64,000 bases of DNA from Sphingobacteriaceae bacterium UBA2059 (GTDB lineage: Bacteria > Bacteroidota > Bacteroidia > Sphingobacteriales > Sphingobacteriaceae). The stretch lies in assembly GCA_002332615.1 (NCBI GenBank), contig DDAL01000031.1, positions 94,967 through 158,966 on the forward strand. The letters are read 5' to 3'. Shown in pieces: positions 10,054 to 19,999 of the stretch; position 1 is the stretch's first letter; every line of letters starts with the position of its first letter. The notes beneath the pieces are model-generated. The model worked only from the letters and a program-made list of their open reading frames with translations, did not search any database and was not told where the DNA came from. Made by a program: the position numbers and the translations under genes.

Positions 10054-10509
10054 TTAAGCCTCTCCGCCATTTATTTCAATGTTTTTTAAATTGTCATACA
10101 GTTGATCCAGAACTTTTTTACATACAACTATCTCTGTATCGCTTATGTTCTTAGACGCCTGAGTATATGTTTCTTTTACAATATTATTTGCCTGTTCTTC
10201 AAGCAACTTGCCCTTGCGGGTCAGATAGATTCGTTTAATTCGTTTGTCATTCTTATCTGTTATTCTTACAACCATGTTTTGTTGCTCGAGTTTGTCAAGA
10301 AGTTTCGTAATGCTTGCTTTTTCACGGTAAGTTTTTTCTCCAAGCTGTTGCTGAGTTGCGCCATTATTGTCCCAAAGCGCTGCCAGCACCGACCACTGTT
10401 CCATATTCAAGTCCAGCTGATTGTTTCTAAAATTTCGTGCCAGCGTACGATTGACCATTGTTGTGGTTCGTCCTGTGATTAAATTAAATATATCTTCGTT
10501 TGATACCAT
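10054..10509 (-). CDS. MarR-family transcriptional regulator
   Basis: 151 aa with a winged-HTH core (EQWSVLAALWDNNGATQQQLGEKTYREKASITKLLDKLEQQNMVVR...DKRIKRIYLT). Only 4 nt separate it from the tolC-like gene downstream. Confidence 0.9.
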   Translation of the reverse strand: MVSNEDIFNLITGRTTTMVNRTLARNFRNNQLDLNMEQWSVLAALWDNNGATQQQLGEKTYREKASITKLLDKLEQQNMVVRITDKNDKRIKRIYLTRKGKLLEEQANNIVKETYTQASKNISDTEIVVCKKVLDQLYDNLKNIEINGGEA

Positions 10510-10512
10510 AAT

Positions 10513-10528
10513 AGTTTCATGTGAAACT
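10513..10528. promoter_or_regulatory. Candidate MarR operator (7-2-7 perfect palindrome)
   Basis: AGTTTCA-tg-TGAAACT lies 4 nt upstream of the marR start, and a further AGTTTCA half-site is at 10570-10576. A palindrome of this size is not statistically rare in 64 kb, so only its position supports the call. Confidence 0.3.
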
Positions 10529-10682
10529 GCAAAAATAACAATTGGTTTTAATTTGAGCGAATTAAAAATAGTTTCAATAGAAATTTATTTTAAAAGATTA
10601 TTTTGAGGTGATAAGTCTTTTCATGTTTTAGAAACTAAAAGGTGTAGTAACTCGTTTTATAACTAATCAATCTATATCTATC

Positions 10683-11015
10683 ATGAAAAAACTAAGTTTT
10701 ATAATGCTGTTTGGAATCGCAGCTTTTGCATTCAATCAGTCGACGGCCGACGCTTCTGCAGGGAAGCAAATTAAGAACAAATATGTGGTGTCTCTTCAGG
10801 ACACCGTTCCCGGACAGACTATGCCTGGCCAGCAGCCTACCACTGACCCTGCTCAGGATACTGTTCCCGGACAAACTATGCCTGGTAATCAGCCTGGCGA
10901 CCAGCCCGCGCAGGATACGTCAAGGGTAGATTCTGTTGAGCGCCCTACGTCTCCTATGAACCAGGACACAGGTACTACGAAAGCTAAAAAAGCCAAAGCG
11001 AAGAGAAGTAAGTAA
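10683..11015 (+). CDS. Small secreted Pro/Gln/Thr-rich repeat protein with a Lys-rich tail (hypothetical)
   Basis: Signal peptide MKKLSFIMLFGIAAFAFNQS, tandem QDTVPGQTMPG(Q/N)QP units, and the C-terminal tail TTKAKKAKAKRSK. A strong hairpin follows the gene. Confidence 0.6.
   Translation: MKKLSFIMLFGIAAFAFNQSTADASAGKQIKNKYVVSLQDTVPGQTMPGQQPTTDPAQDTVPGQTMPGNQPGDQPAQDTSRVDSVERPTSPMNQDTGTTKAKKAKAKRSK
10797..10920 (+). repeat. In-frame 57-bp tandem repeat (2 full units plus the start of a third)
   Basis: Units start at 10797, 10854 and 10911 (CAGGAYAC...). They encode QDTVPGQTMPGQQPTTDPA, QDTVPGQTMPGNQPGDQPA and QDT... Confidence 0.8.
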
Positions 11016-11041
11016 ATTGAGCTTTTCTTTGGAGCTAAAGC

Positions 11042-11074
11042 AATGCCCTTTAAATTAGTTGTTTAAAGGGCATT
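11042..11074. terminator. Bidirectional hairpin terminator between convergent genes
   Basis: AATGCCCTTTAAA-ttagttg-TTTAAAGGGCATT forms a perfect 13-bp stem, followed by gccTTTTT on the plus strand. Confidence 0.6.
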
Positions 11075-11080
11075 GCCTTT

Positions 11081-11458
11081 TTAAAAGATCGCAATATCGT
11101 ATTTAAAAGGATCTGTATGTTCTTCTTCAGAAGCTTCTATTATCAATACTACCTTATATTCCTGCAGGCTGGTGTTGAAGCCATAAAACATACGCCGCAT
11201 GCTAGTTTGTATAATGGGCGCAAGGCTCCCATATAAAGCGTCGGCAAACAACGGAAGCTCTTTTTTAATTACCTGATCATAAAACCCACCTTTGTTAAAA
11301 CTGTTGAGATTTACTCTCAAAACTCCTGCATTGTAGAAACCGGTAATTAGTTGTCTTTCTTTGCCTGGGCTCAGTCTGTCTTTCCAATCATCTGGTATTT
11401 CTTCAAATACAGTATTGTTTAAATTATTACTGATTAAATGGCCATACAGATTTAGCAT
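11081..11458 (-). CDS. Hypothetical protein (125 aa, no family recognised)
   Basis: A clean ORF between a terminator and a divergent promoter region. It has no signal peptide or TM segment, and I see no diagnostic motif. Confidence 0.5.
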   Translation of the reverse strand: MLNLYGHLISNNLNNTVFEEIPDDWKDRLSPGKERQLITGFYNAGVLRVNLNSFNKGGFYDQVIKKELPLFADALYGSLAPIIQTSMRRMFYGFNTSLQEYKVVLIIEASEEEHTDPFKYDIAIF

Positions 11459-11548
11459 AATACATGTAAACAGGGTGCACTAGTCTTAGTTAATTGTAGA
11501 CAACAAAAAAGTATATCAGTTGTTTAGGGCAAAGCCCAATATTTATTA

Positions 11549-12646
11549 ATGGAACAAAACCCGTGTGCGCTTTGTTTGTCAGTTATGTCCAACGAAAAAA
11601 CGCTTGAAAGGCCTTACGAGATATTCCTGATTGGGGATACAGGAGCGATTTCGACATCGGGGCCTGATATCGTATTAGAAACACTAAAGGCCCATTTGAG
11701 CGAAGACCAACACTCGGCGGTCGTCTTTTTAGGCGATAACGTTTATCCCCGGGGATTGCCTCCCAAGGGTCATATTCTAAGGAAAAATGCAGAGCTAGTG
11801 CTTGATAAGCACTATGAGGCCTTCAAAAATTATGGCGGAAAGCTGATTTTTATAGCTGGTAATCATGACTGGAATAAAGGACGCAGAGACGGAGTTGAGT
11901 ATGTGAAAAGGCAGGAGAAGTACCTTGAAAAACTTTTCGAAGGAAAGAACACCTTTCTTCCTTCAAATGGCTGCCCGGGACCGGCCGAAGTTATCATGAA
12001 TACTAATATTGCTATCATAGCAATTGATACCCAATGGTGGATGCAGAGCGAAAGGCAATTGGGAAAAGAGAATGGCTGCAGGGTTAGCTCTGAAGCTGAG
12101 TTTTTCGAACATCTGGAAGCTTTGCTTGAGAAAAACAAAGATAAGCACACATTGATTATAGGACATCATCCGGTGTATAGCTATGCCATTCATGGTGGCA
12201 GGTTCAAATTGAAGCATCATATTTTTCCTTTAACTTTGTATGATAAGGACGCCTGGATACCCTTACCGCTCATTGGTTCGCTACTTCCTATGTATCGTAA
12301 ATTTCTGGGTGCACGGGAAGACATGTCTTTCCCCCGCTATCGCCGCTTGCGAAATAGGCTCAAAAGTGTTTTGTCTGCCTATCCAAATACTATTTATGCT
12401 GCAGGGCATGAACATAATTTACAGTATATTAAGAAAGACAATGTTCATTTTGTAGTGAGTGGGTCGGGTTCTAAAGTGAAGTATGTAGTACAGTCTGGCA
12501 AGCACTTGCGTTTTGGCATTAAATGCAAGGGCTTTTTTAAGTTAAGGTTTGAAACTGACGGGTCGGTTTATCTTTCGGCATGGTCTGTTGATCGTACAAA
12601 AGAAGCTGCACGTGGTAAAATTATTTATGAAGAGCAAATAATGTAG
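11549..12646 (+). CDS. Calcineurin-like metallophosphoesterase
   Basis: All the core motifs are present: GDTG, GDNVY, GNHDW, GHHP and GHEH. The true start may be the internal MSNEKT (11585). Confidence 0.85.
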   Translation: MEQNPCALCLSVMSNEKTLERPYEIFLIGDTGAISTSGPDIVLETLKAHLSEDQHSAVVFLGDNVYPRGLPPKGHILRKNAELVLDKHYEAFKNYGGKLIFIAGNHDWNKGRRDGVEYVKRQEKYLEKLFEGKNTFLPSNGCPGPAEVIMNTNIAIIAIDTQWWMQSERQLGKENGCRVSSEAEFFEHLEALLEKNKDKHTLIIGHHPVYSYAIHGGRFKLKHHIFPLTLYDKDAWIPLPLIGSLLPMYRKFLGAREDMSFPRYRRLRNRLKSVLSAYPNTIYAAGHEHNLQYIKKDNVHFVVSGSGSKVKYVVQSGKHLRFGIKCKGFFKLRFETDGSVYLSAWSVDRTKEAARGKIIYEEQIM

Positions 12647-12700
12647 ATATAAACCAGGGAGAAAGGTTTAGCCTATTCCCTGGTTTATAAAGCATGAGTT

Positions 12701-14383
12701 TTATACAATCAGCTTCTTGTACCTAAATCGCTTAGGCTCCGCATTGCCAAGGCGTTTCTTCTTGTTTTCTTCGTATTCGGTATAGTTGCCTTCATAAAAA
12801 TATACTTGCGACTCTCCCTCAAAGGCTAATATGTGTGTGCATATTCTATCCAGAAACCAACGGTCGTGGGAGATTACTACGGCGCAACCAGCGAAGTTTT
12901 CCAATCCCTCTTCTAAAGCCCTGAGTGTGTTGACGTCAATGTCATTCGTAGGCTCATCTAGTAGAAGCACATTAGAGTCTTTCTTTAGCGTGATAGCCAG
13001 GTGTACGCGGTTACGCTCGCCACCTGATAGTACGGCAACTCTCTTTTGCTGATCGGCCCCATTAAAATTGAACTTTGATACATAGGCGCGAGAATTTACC
13101 GGGCGGTTACCGAGCATGATAGTCTCCAGCCCATCGGTTATGTTTTCCCATACCGACTTTTCAGGGTCAAGGTCGTCATGAAGCTGATCTACATATCCAA
13201 GTACCACAGTTTCACCGACTTTAAAGGTGCCGCTGTCGGGCTGCTCCTGGCCGGTAATAAGCCTGAACAATGTAGTTTTACCTACCCCGTTGGGGCCTAT
13301 TATACCTACGATTCCTGCTGGAGGTAAAGAAAAGCTAAGGTTTTCAAACAAAATCTTATCGCCGTAAGCTTTAGTTACATTTTGGGCTTCGATAACAATG
13401 TTTCCAAGCCGCGGGCCCGGCGGTATGAACAGTTCCAGCTTTTCTTCCCTTTCTTTTCCCTCCTCCGAAGCTAGCTTTTCATAATTAGCTAAACGAGCTT
13501 TCGATTTCGCGTGCCGTGCTTTTGGAGCCATGCGTGCCCATTCAAGTTCGCGTTCTAAGGTTTTTTGTCTTTTGCTTTCGGTTTTCTCTTCCTGAGCAAG
13601 GCGTTTAGACTTTTGCTCAAGCCATGAGGAATAGTTACCCTGCCATGGAATTCCTTCACCTCTGTCCAGCTCTAGTATCCAGCCAGCTACATTATCAAGG
13701 AAATACCTGTCGTGTGTAACAGCGATTACGGTTCCTTTGTATTGCTTTAAATGCTGCTCGAGCCAGTCGATGGATTCGGCATCGAGGTGGTTAGTAGGTT
13801 CGTCCAGCAGTAATACGTCTGGTTCTTTAAGCAAGAGCCGGCATAATGCGACCCTGCGGCGCTCTCCACCAGAAAGAGTTTTAATTTTTGAATCAGGATC
13901 AGGAGTTCGTAGGGCATCCATTGCCCTTTCCAGCTTTGAATCTAATTCCCAGGCTCCTGCCGCATCTATTTTGTCCTGCAGCTCTCCCTGGCGTGCCATT
14001 AACTTATCCATGGCATCGGGGTTCTCATAAATCTCGGGCAATCCAAATTTATCATTGATTTCTTCATACTCCTTCAGTATATCTGTTATCTCAGAAACCC
14101 CTTCTTCGACAATTTCCTTTACTGTTTTTTCCGGATCAAGCTGAGGTTCCTGTGCTAAATAGCCTACGCTGTAACCTGGGGAAAAAACAACTTCTCCCTG
14201 ATAGGACTGATCAAGCCCGGCGATGATCTTAAGCAAGGAAGACTTACCCGAGCCGTTAAGGCCGATTACACCGATTTTTGCACCATAAAAAAAGGATAAA
14301 TAAATATTTTTAAGTACTTGTTTTTGTGGGGGATAGATTTTGCTCACCCCCGCCATAGAGAATATAATTTTATCGTCTGCCAT
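12701..14383 (-). CDS. ettA: Energy-dependent translational throttle protein EttA (ABC-F ATPase)
   Basis: Two ATP-binding cassettes (GLNGSGKSS/LSGGERRR and GPNGVGKTT/LSGGERNR) with no TM segments. The N-terminus MADDKIIFSMAGVSKIYPP is typical of EttA. The ORF track extends 17 codons further upstream; I prefer ATG 14383. Confidence 0.93.
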   Translation of the reverse strand: MADDKIIFSMAGVSKIYPPQKQVLKNIYLSFFYGAKIGVIGLNGSGKSSLLKIIAGLDQSYQGEVVFSPGYSVGYLAQEPQLDPEKTVKEIVEEGVSEITDILKEYEEINDKFGLPEIYENPDAMDKLMARQGELQDKIDAAGAWELDSKLERAMDALRTPDPDSKIKTLSGGERRRVALCRLLLKEPDVLLLDEPTNHLDAESIDWLEQHLKQYKGTVIAVTHDRYFLDNVAGWILELDRGEGIPWQGNYSSWLEQKSKRLAQEEKTESKRQKTLERELEWARMAPKARHAKSKARLANYEKLASEEGKEREEKLELFIPPGPRLGNIVIEAQNVTKAYGDKILFENLSFSLPPAGIVGIIGPNGVGKTTLFRLITGQEQPDSGTFKVGETVVLGYVDQLHDDLDPEKSVWENITDGLETIMLGNRPVNSRAYVSKFNFNGADQQKRVAVLSGGERNRVHLAITLKKDSNVLLLDEPTNDIDVNTLRALEEGLENFAGCAVVISHDRWFLDRICTHILAFEGESQVYFYEGNYTEYEENKKKRLGNAEPKRFRYKKLIV

Positions 14384-14524
14384 AATTTCTTGATATGCGT
14401 TTCTAATATCGACATTTTGGCTATAATGAACCAATTTTATTACTTTAGGTAGTCTTAAGTAGATTTAGACAACTGTGGTTTAATTGTTGCTATATTTATG
14501 TTAATAGTAAAGAAAGGTAATTTG

Positions 14525-17074
14525 ATGGAAGCAAAATTTTCGCCCAGAGTTAAAGATGTTATTTCCTATAGCAGGGAAGAAGCACTTAGACTAGGGCATG
14601 ATTATATTGGTACCGAGCACCTGTTGCTTGGCTTAATACGTGAAGGGGAGGGAATAGCAATTAGTATTTTAAGAACAATGGGTGTTGATACTGCCCGTCT
14701 TAGAAGATCTGTAGAAGATGCAGTAAAGGGGAGTCCCGGTGCTGCCGTTAATTTGGGTAATATTCCGTTGACTAAGCAGGCTGAGAAGGTTTTGAAGATT
14801 ACTTATCTGGAAGCTAAGATCTTTAAAAGTGATATTATAGGTACTGAGCATCTGATGCTGTCTATTTTGAGGGACGACGATAATATAGCATCACAGATCC
14901 TTTTACAGTATAATGTGGCCTATGATGGCTTTAGAGCCGAACTTGAACAAACAAAAAGTGAGATAAAGGATGAGGCTCCGGGCGCAACGCCGGGAGATGA
15001 AGAGTATAGAGAGGAAGAACCCTTGTTTTCGCAACCCAAAAAGGTTTCGGACATCAAATCAAAGACTCCGGTTCTGGATAATTTTGGTCGCGATTTAACG
15101 AAAGCTGCAGAAGAAGGTAAACTTGATCCTATTGTTGGCCGGGAGAAAGAAATAGAACGGGTTTCTCAAATCCTTTCAAGACGTAAAAAGAACAATCCGA
15201 TTTTGATTGGCGAGCCGGGTGTAGGAAAGTCTGCAATTGCAGAAGGTCTTGCACTGCGCATTATTCAGCGTAAGGTATCAAGAGTGCTATTCAATAAAAG
15301 GGTGGTTACGCTGGACCTTGCTTCTTTGGTGGCAGGTACTAAATACCGCGGTCAGTTTGAAGAGCGGATGAAGGCGGTAATGAATGAGTTGGAAAAGTCT
15401 CCTGATGTAATCTTATTTATTGATGAGATACATACTATTGTGGGCGCCGGAGGAGCAGCCGGCTCTCTGGATGCCTCTAATATGTTCAAACCCGCTTTGG
15501 CAAGGGGGGAGATTCAGTGCATTGGCGCTACTACACTGGATGAATACAGGCAGTTTATAGAAAAAGACGGTGCTTTGGACAGGCGGTTTCAAAAAGTAAT
15601 GATTGAGCCTGCTACTCCTGCAGAAACTATAGAAATTTTAAATAGGATTAAGGAAAAGTATGAAGAACATCATAATGTAAATTATACTCCGGAAGCTATT
15701 GATGCTTGTGTTAGCTTAACCTCGAGATATATAACCGACAGGTTTTTGCCGGATAAGGCCATTGATGCTTTGGATGAAGCGGGTTCACGCGTACATTTGA
15801 AAAACATTCATGTTCCACAGCGGATTATAGATATTGAACAGAAAATAGAAGAGGTAAAGCTGCAAAAGAACCAGGTTGTAAAAAGTCAGAAATATGAAGA
15901 AGCTGCCAAGCTAAGAGACTCTGAAAAGAACCTGTTGGAAGAGCTTGAAAAGGAAAAGGCACAATGGGAAATAGATTCTAAAAACAGCCGGTATACGGTT
16001 TCTGAAGATAATGTGGCTGAGGTTGTTTCCATGATGACCGGAATTCCTGTGCAGCGCGTTGGTCAGAGCGACAGCCAGAAGCTGCTCGCTATGCCGGAGC
16101 TAATGGCTGGAAAGATTATTGGTCAGGAAGACGCTATAAAGAAGCTTACAAAAGCCATACAGAGGACCCGAGCTGGTTTGAAAGACCCAAAAAAGCCTAT
16201 CGGATCGTTCATTTTCCTTGGTCCTACCGGAGTGGGTAAAACAGAACTTGCTAAGGAACTAGCCCGTTTTATGTTTGATAGCGAAGATGCGCTTATTCAA
16301 ATGGACATGAGCGAATACATGGAGAAATTTGCTGTTTCCAGACTGGTTGGCGCGCCTCCGGGATATGTGGGATATGAGGAGGGTGGCCAGTTGACTGAAA
16401 AGGTAAGGCGTAAGCCTTACTCGGTGGTGTTGCTCGATGAAATTGAAAAGGCTCATCCGGATGTATTTAATATACTGCTTCAGGTGCTTGACGAAGGCCA
16501 ACTAACAGACAGTATTGGAAGACGGGTTGATTTTAGAAATACCATCGTTATCATGACTTCCAATATAGGCGCAAGGCAGCTTAAAGACTTTGGTCAGGGA
16601 GTTGGTTTTACAACTACAGCCAAAACGTTGCAGGCAGATACTCATTCGCGGGGCGTGATTGAAAATGCGCTTAAAAAGGCCTTTGCACCTGAATTTCTTA
16701 ACCGTATAGATGATGTTATTGTATTCAATTCTCTCAGCAAGGAAGATATTTTCAAAATTATCGATATCGAGCTCAAAGCTTTATTCTCAAGGGTAAACGA
16801 CCTGGGTTATCAGGTTTCGTTAACGGAAGCCGCCAAGGAGTTCATTGCAGAAAAGGGTTATGATGCTCAGTTTGGTGCCCGTCCCCTAAAACGCGCCATT
16901 CAGAAGTACCTGGAAGACCCTATTGCGGAAGAAATTTTGAAAGGCGGCTTGGTTGAAGGCAGCGTGCTTACTGTTGACTTTAATGCCGAATCAAAAGAGG
17001 TTTATGTTGAACGTGAAAAGGGCGAAAATAGAGCGGGAATTGAAGCGGGAGAAGAAGGGAAAGCAAGCATTTAA
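14525..17074 (+). CDS. clpC: ATP-dependent Clp protease ATP-binding subunit (ClpC-type AAA+ chaperone)
   Basis: Duplicated Clp_N repeat ([11 protein letters not shown] / [11 protein letters not shown]), two AAA+ modules ([18 protein letters not shown]), and a short coiled-coil linker. I prefer the start [12 protein letters not shown]. Confidence 0.93.
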   Translation: MEAKFSPRVKDVISYSREEALRLGHDYIGTEHLLLGLIREGEGIAISILRTMGVDTARLRRSVEDAVKGSPGAAVNLGNIPLTKQAEKVLKITYLEAKIFKSDIIGTEHLMLSILRDDDNIASQILLQYNVAYDGFRAELEQTKSEIKDEAPGATPGDEEYREEEPLFSQPKKVSDIKSKTPVLDNFGRDLTKAAEEGKLDPIVGREKEIERVSQILSRRKKNNPILIGEPGVGKSAIAEGLALRIIQRKVSRVLFNKRVVTLDLASLVAGTKYRGQFEERMKAVMNELEKSPDVILFIDEIHTIVGAGGAAGSLDASNMFKPALARGEIQCIGATTLDEYRQFIEKDGALDRRFQKVMIEPATPAETIEILNRIKEKYEEHHNVNYTPEAIDACVSLTSRYITDRFLPDKAIDALDEAGSRVHLKNIHVPQRIIDIEQKIEEVKLQKNQVVKSQKYEEAAKLRDSEKNLLEELEKEKAQWEIDSKNSRYTVSEDNVAEVVSMMTGIPVQRVGQSDSQKLLAMPELMAGKIIGQEDAIKKLTKAIQRTRAGLKDPKKPIGSFIFLGPTGVGKTELAKELARFMFDSEDALIQMDMSEYMEKFAVSRLVGAPPGYVGYEEGGQLTEKVRRKPYSVVLLDEIEKAHPDVFNILLQVLDEGQLTDSIGRRVDFRNTIVIMTSNIGARQLKDFGQGVGFTTTAKTLQADTHSRGVIENALKKAFAPEFLNRIDDVIVFNSLSKEDIFKIIDIELKALFSRVNDLGYQVSLTEAAKEFIAEKGYDAQFGARPLKRAIQKYLEDPIAEEILKGGLVEGSVLTVDFNAESKEVYVEREKGENRAGIEAGEEGKASI

Positions 17075-17095
17075 CAAAGGAAACTGCTAGTAAAA

Positions 17096-17124
17096 ACCCG
17101 ACTGAAACACAGTCGGGTTTTTTT
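17096..17124 (+). terminator. Rho-independent terminator after clpC
   Basis: ACCCGACTG-aaaca-CAGTCGGGT is followed by T7. Confidence 0.75.
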
Positions 17125-17204
17125 ATGCGCAACGGACTTACAAGACAACGGTAAGAGCATCAAATTAAAAAACTCTTATCTTTATACCCTCCAAGAACAA
17201 GACG

Positions 17205-19880
17205 ATGAGTGAAGAATCTTTTAGCAGCAACGAAAATGATAAATTACAAAATGTTACGCCAATTAACGGGTTGTATGAAAACTGGTTCCTTGATTATGCT
17301 TCTTATGTAATTCTTGACCGTGCTGTTCCACATATAAATGACGGACTGAAACCTGTTCAACGCCGTATACTTCATTCTCTGAAAGAAATGGACGACGGGC
17401 GCTTTAATAAAGCAGCTAATGTTATAGGTAACACAATGAAATATCACCCCCACGGTGATGCTTCAATTGGTGACGCCATGGTTCAGATAGGGCAAAAAAA
17501 CCTGTTGATCGATACGCAGGGAAACTGGGGCGATCCTGTTACGGGCGATTCGGCAGCTGCCCCAAGGTATATTGAAGCACGTCTGTCAAAGTTTGCTAAT
17601 GAAGTTGTTTTTAATATCGATACAACTGTATGGCAGTCCAGCTATGACGGAAGAAATAAAGAGCCGGTTACCCTGCCCGTAAAATATCCGCTTTTACTTG
17701 CCCAGGGAGCGGAGGGGATTGCCGTAGGACTGGCTACCAAGATAATGCCTCATAATTTTATTGAACTCATAGAAGCTTCAATTGAGGTTTTAAAGGGAAA
17801 CAGACCTGAGTTGCTGCCTGACTTTCCAACCGGAGGACTTGCCGACTTTTCAAATTACAATGAGGGAATGCGTGGCGGCAAGGTAAGGGTACGAGCGAAG
17901 ATATCAGAGCGGGATAGAAAAACTCTTGTAATAAGTGAAATTCCTTTTGGAACAAATACGGGTGGTGTTATTGAAAGCATTATTTCTGCAAATGACAAGG
18001 GGAAAATTAAAATTCGTAAGATAGAGGATAACACAGCTCAGAACATTGAGATTATTGTTCATCTGGCTCCCGGCATTTCCGCTGATGTAACGATTGATGC
18101 TTTATATGCGTTTACGGATTGCGAAGTATCTATATCCCCAAATACCTGTGTGATACGGGATGATAAACCGCAATTCCTGAGTGTCAATGATATTTTAGTT
18201 GAAAATACTCAGAACACAAAAGCACTTCTAGGAGAGGAGCTTAGGATCCGTTTAAGTGAGTTAAAGGAAAAGATATTCTTCAGTTCCCTTCTTAAAGTAT
18301 TTATACGGGAAGGAATGTACAAGGATAGCAGGTATGAAAAGGCTGGATCCTTGGATTTAGTAGTTGGAGTTTTAAATGAGCTTTTTGAGCCGTTTTTTAA
18401 GCTTTTTTACAGAAAGATAGAGGCAGAGGATTATAAGAAGCTAATTGATAAGCCTATGAGCAGTATAACGCGCTTTGACCTGAAAAAGGCTGATGAAGCA
18501 ATGAAAGCTCTTGAACTTGAGATTAAGGACATAGAATATAAGCTGGCTAACTTAACGGAATATTCAATTTCCTGGTTTTCGATGCTGCTTTCCAAATATG
18601 GAAAAGGACGGGAGAGGCGTACAGAAATAAGGGTGTTCGACAGAGTAGAAGCCGCACAGGTAGCTTTGGCTAATGTGAGGCTGTACGTAAGTCGCAGCGA
18701 GGGCTTTGTTGGAACAGGACTAAAAAAGGATGAGTTTGTATGCGATTGTTCTGATCTGGATGAAGTTATCATTTTTAGAGAGGATGGCAAGTTCGTTGTT
18801 ACGAAGGTTCAGGAAAAGGTTTTTGTAGGGAAGCCTATTTTGCACATTGCCGTGTTTAAAAAGAATGATGACCGCACAATCTATAATATGATCTATAAAG
18901 ACGGTCAGTCCGGCACTTCTTATATTAAGCGTTTTTCTGTCATAGGCGTTACCAGAGATAAAGAGTATGATTTGACCAGGGGCACTAAGGGTTCAAAGAT
19001 CCTTTATTTTACCGCTAACTCGAATGGTGAAGCTGAGATCGTTGCAATACAGCTGAGACCGCACTCGAAGCTGAAAAAGCTTTATTTTGATATTGATTTT
19101 GCGGACATTTCTATAAAAGGAAGAGGCTCAATAGGTAACATTGTTACCAAATATCCTGTGAAGAAGATAACTCAGAAAACGAAAGGGATATCTACTCTCA
19201 CCGGGAGAAAAATATGGTATGATGATGTGCTCAAACGGTTGAATGTCGATAACAGGGGAATATATTTAGGAGAGTTTGATGGTTTAGACAAGATTATTAC
19301 TTTGACTGCCGATGGCGTTTATAAACTTAACTCTTTCGACTTGAATACCCACTTTGACGATAATTTAGTTTTGCTGGAGAAATACAATTCGGATAAAGTA
19401 TACGCAGTTATACACGTAGACGGAAAGAGCGGCAACTATTACGTAAAGCGGTTCAAATTTGACGATTTGCCTATCGGAAAGCAGGTTTCTATAATCAACG
19501 AGGATCCGGGATCTAAACTGGTGCTAATTTCCGGTGCAAAACAGCCTGTAATTAAGCTTGAGGTTCTTAAGGGTAAAGCACTAAATGCTGAAGTGCTTGA
19601 AGTTAGCCTATCCGAACTCATTGACGTGAAAGGAATGAGGGCTCAGGGAAATAGGCTTACACAGCACGATGTTAAATTGGTTGAGCTTCTTGCCGAACAT
19701 GATGATGAAAATGACGTTCCAGATCCGGTTCCGGATATGGATTTAAAGGAAGTCGTTAAGATTGAGAGAGAGGACAAAGAAGCAGAAAGAGAAATCAGAA
19801 CACCTGAAGGGAGTGAAAAGGCTGATTACGCAGAACCAAAAAGTGATTTGAATGATGAGGGCCAACTAGGACTATTTTAG
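17205..19880 (+). CDS. parC: DNA topoisomerase IV subunit A (type IIA, GyrA/ParC family)
   Basis: 891 aa with LKPVQRRILH, YHPHGDASIGDAM, and catalytic-Tyr region AAAPRYIEARLSKF. I call ParC rather than GyrA from the Bacteroidota-type N-terminus and the acidic C-terminal tail, so that choice is an inference. Confidence 0.88.
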   Translation: MSEESFSSNENDKLQNVTPINGLYENWFLDYASYVILDRAVPHINDGLKPVQRRILHSLKEMDDGRFNKAANVIGNTMKYHPHGDASIGDAMVQIGQKNLLIDTQGNWGDPVTGDSAAAPRYIEARLSKFANEVVFNIDTTVWQSSYDGRNKEPVTLPVKYPLLLAQGAEGIAVGLATKIMPHNFIELIEASIEVLKGNRPELLPDFPTGGLADFSNYNEGMRGGKVRVRAKISERDRKTLVISEIPFGTNTGGVIESIISANDKGKIKIRKIEDNTAQNIEIIVHLAPGISADVTIDALYAFTDCEVSISPNTCVIRDDKPQFLSVNDILVENTQNTKALLGEELRIRLSELKEKIFFSSLLKVFIREGMYKDSRYEKAGSLDLVVGVLNELFEPFFKLFYRKIEAEDYKKLIDKPMSSITRFDLKKADEAMKALELEIKDIEYKLANLTEYSISWFSMLLSKYGKGRERRTEIRVFDRVEAAQVALANVRLYVSRSEGFVGTGLKKDEFVCDCSDLDEVIIFREDGKFVVTKVQEKVFVGKPILHIAVFKKNDDRTIYNMIYKDGQSGTSYIKRFSVIGVTRDKEYDLTRGTKGSKILYFTANSNGEAEIVAIQLRPHSKLKKLYFDIDFADISIKGRGSIGNIVTKYPVKKITQKTKGISTLTGRKIWYDDVLKRLNVDNRGIYLGEFDGLDKIITLTADGVYKLNSFDLNTHFDDNLVLLEKYNSDKVYAVIHVDGKSGNYYVKRFKFDDLPIGKQVSIINEDPGSKLVLISGAKQPVIKLEVLKGKALNAEVLEVSLSELIDVKGMRAQGNRLTQHDVKLVELLAEHDDENDVPDPVPDMDLKEVVKIEREDKEAEREIRTPEGSEKADYAEPKSDLNDEGQLGLF

Positions 19881-19999
19881 ATAGTCGAAGAAAGAAGTCT
19901 TCGTACTTATTAAAATATTGGCTCAAGTATTTGCTTTTCTGAAAATTAACTTTAGCTTTATATTTAATTAATATCTTAATGATATTAGTTAAGGTATTA

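Noticed and set aside
10102-10482. A 126-aa plus-strand ORF antisense to marR
   Set aside because: It lies wholly inside a strongly supported gene on the opposite strand and has a low-complexity Phe/Ile/Cys-rich translation. The same reasoning applies to 42153-42527, 62098-62478, 18431-18790, 49190-49537, 58238-58579, 61245-61881 and the other nested antisense ORFs in the track.
14384-14434. N-terminal extensions of the ORF-track models (ettA here; also clpC 14498, ROK 19979, ispG 32552, bcp 37060, mlaF-like 29717, M23 38789, pspC-like 30588, DUF6580-like 54806)
   Set aside because: The extensions add non-conserved residues, use TTG, or overlap the upstream gene. Internal ATGs give N-termini typical of each family, so shorter models are reported.
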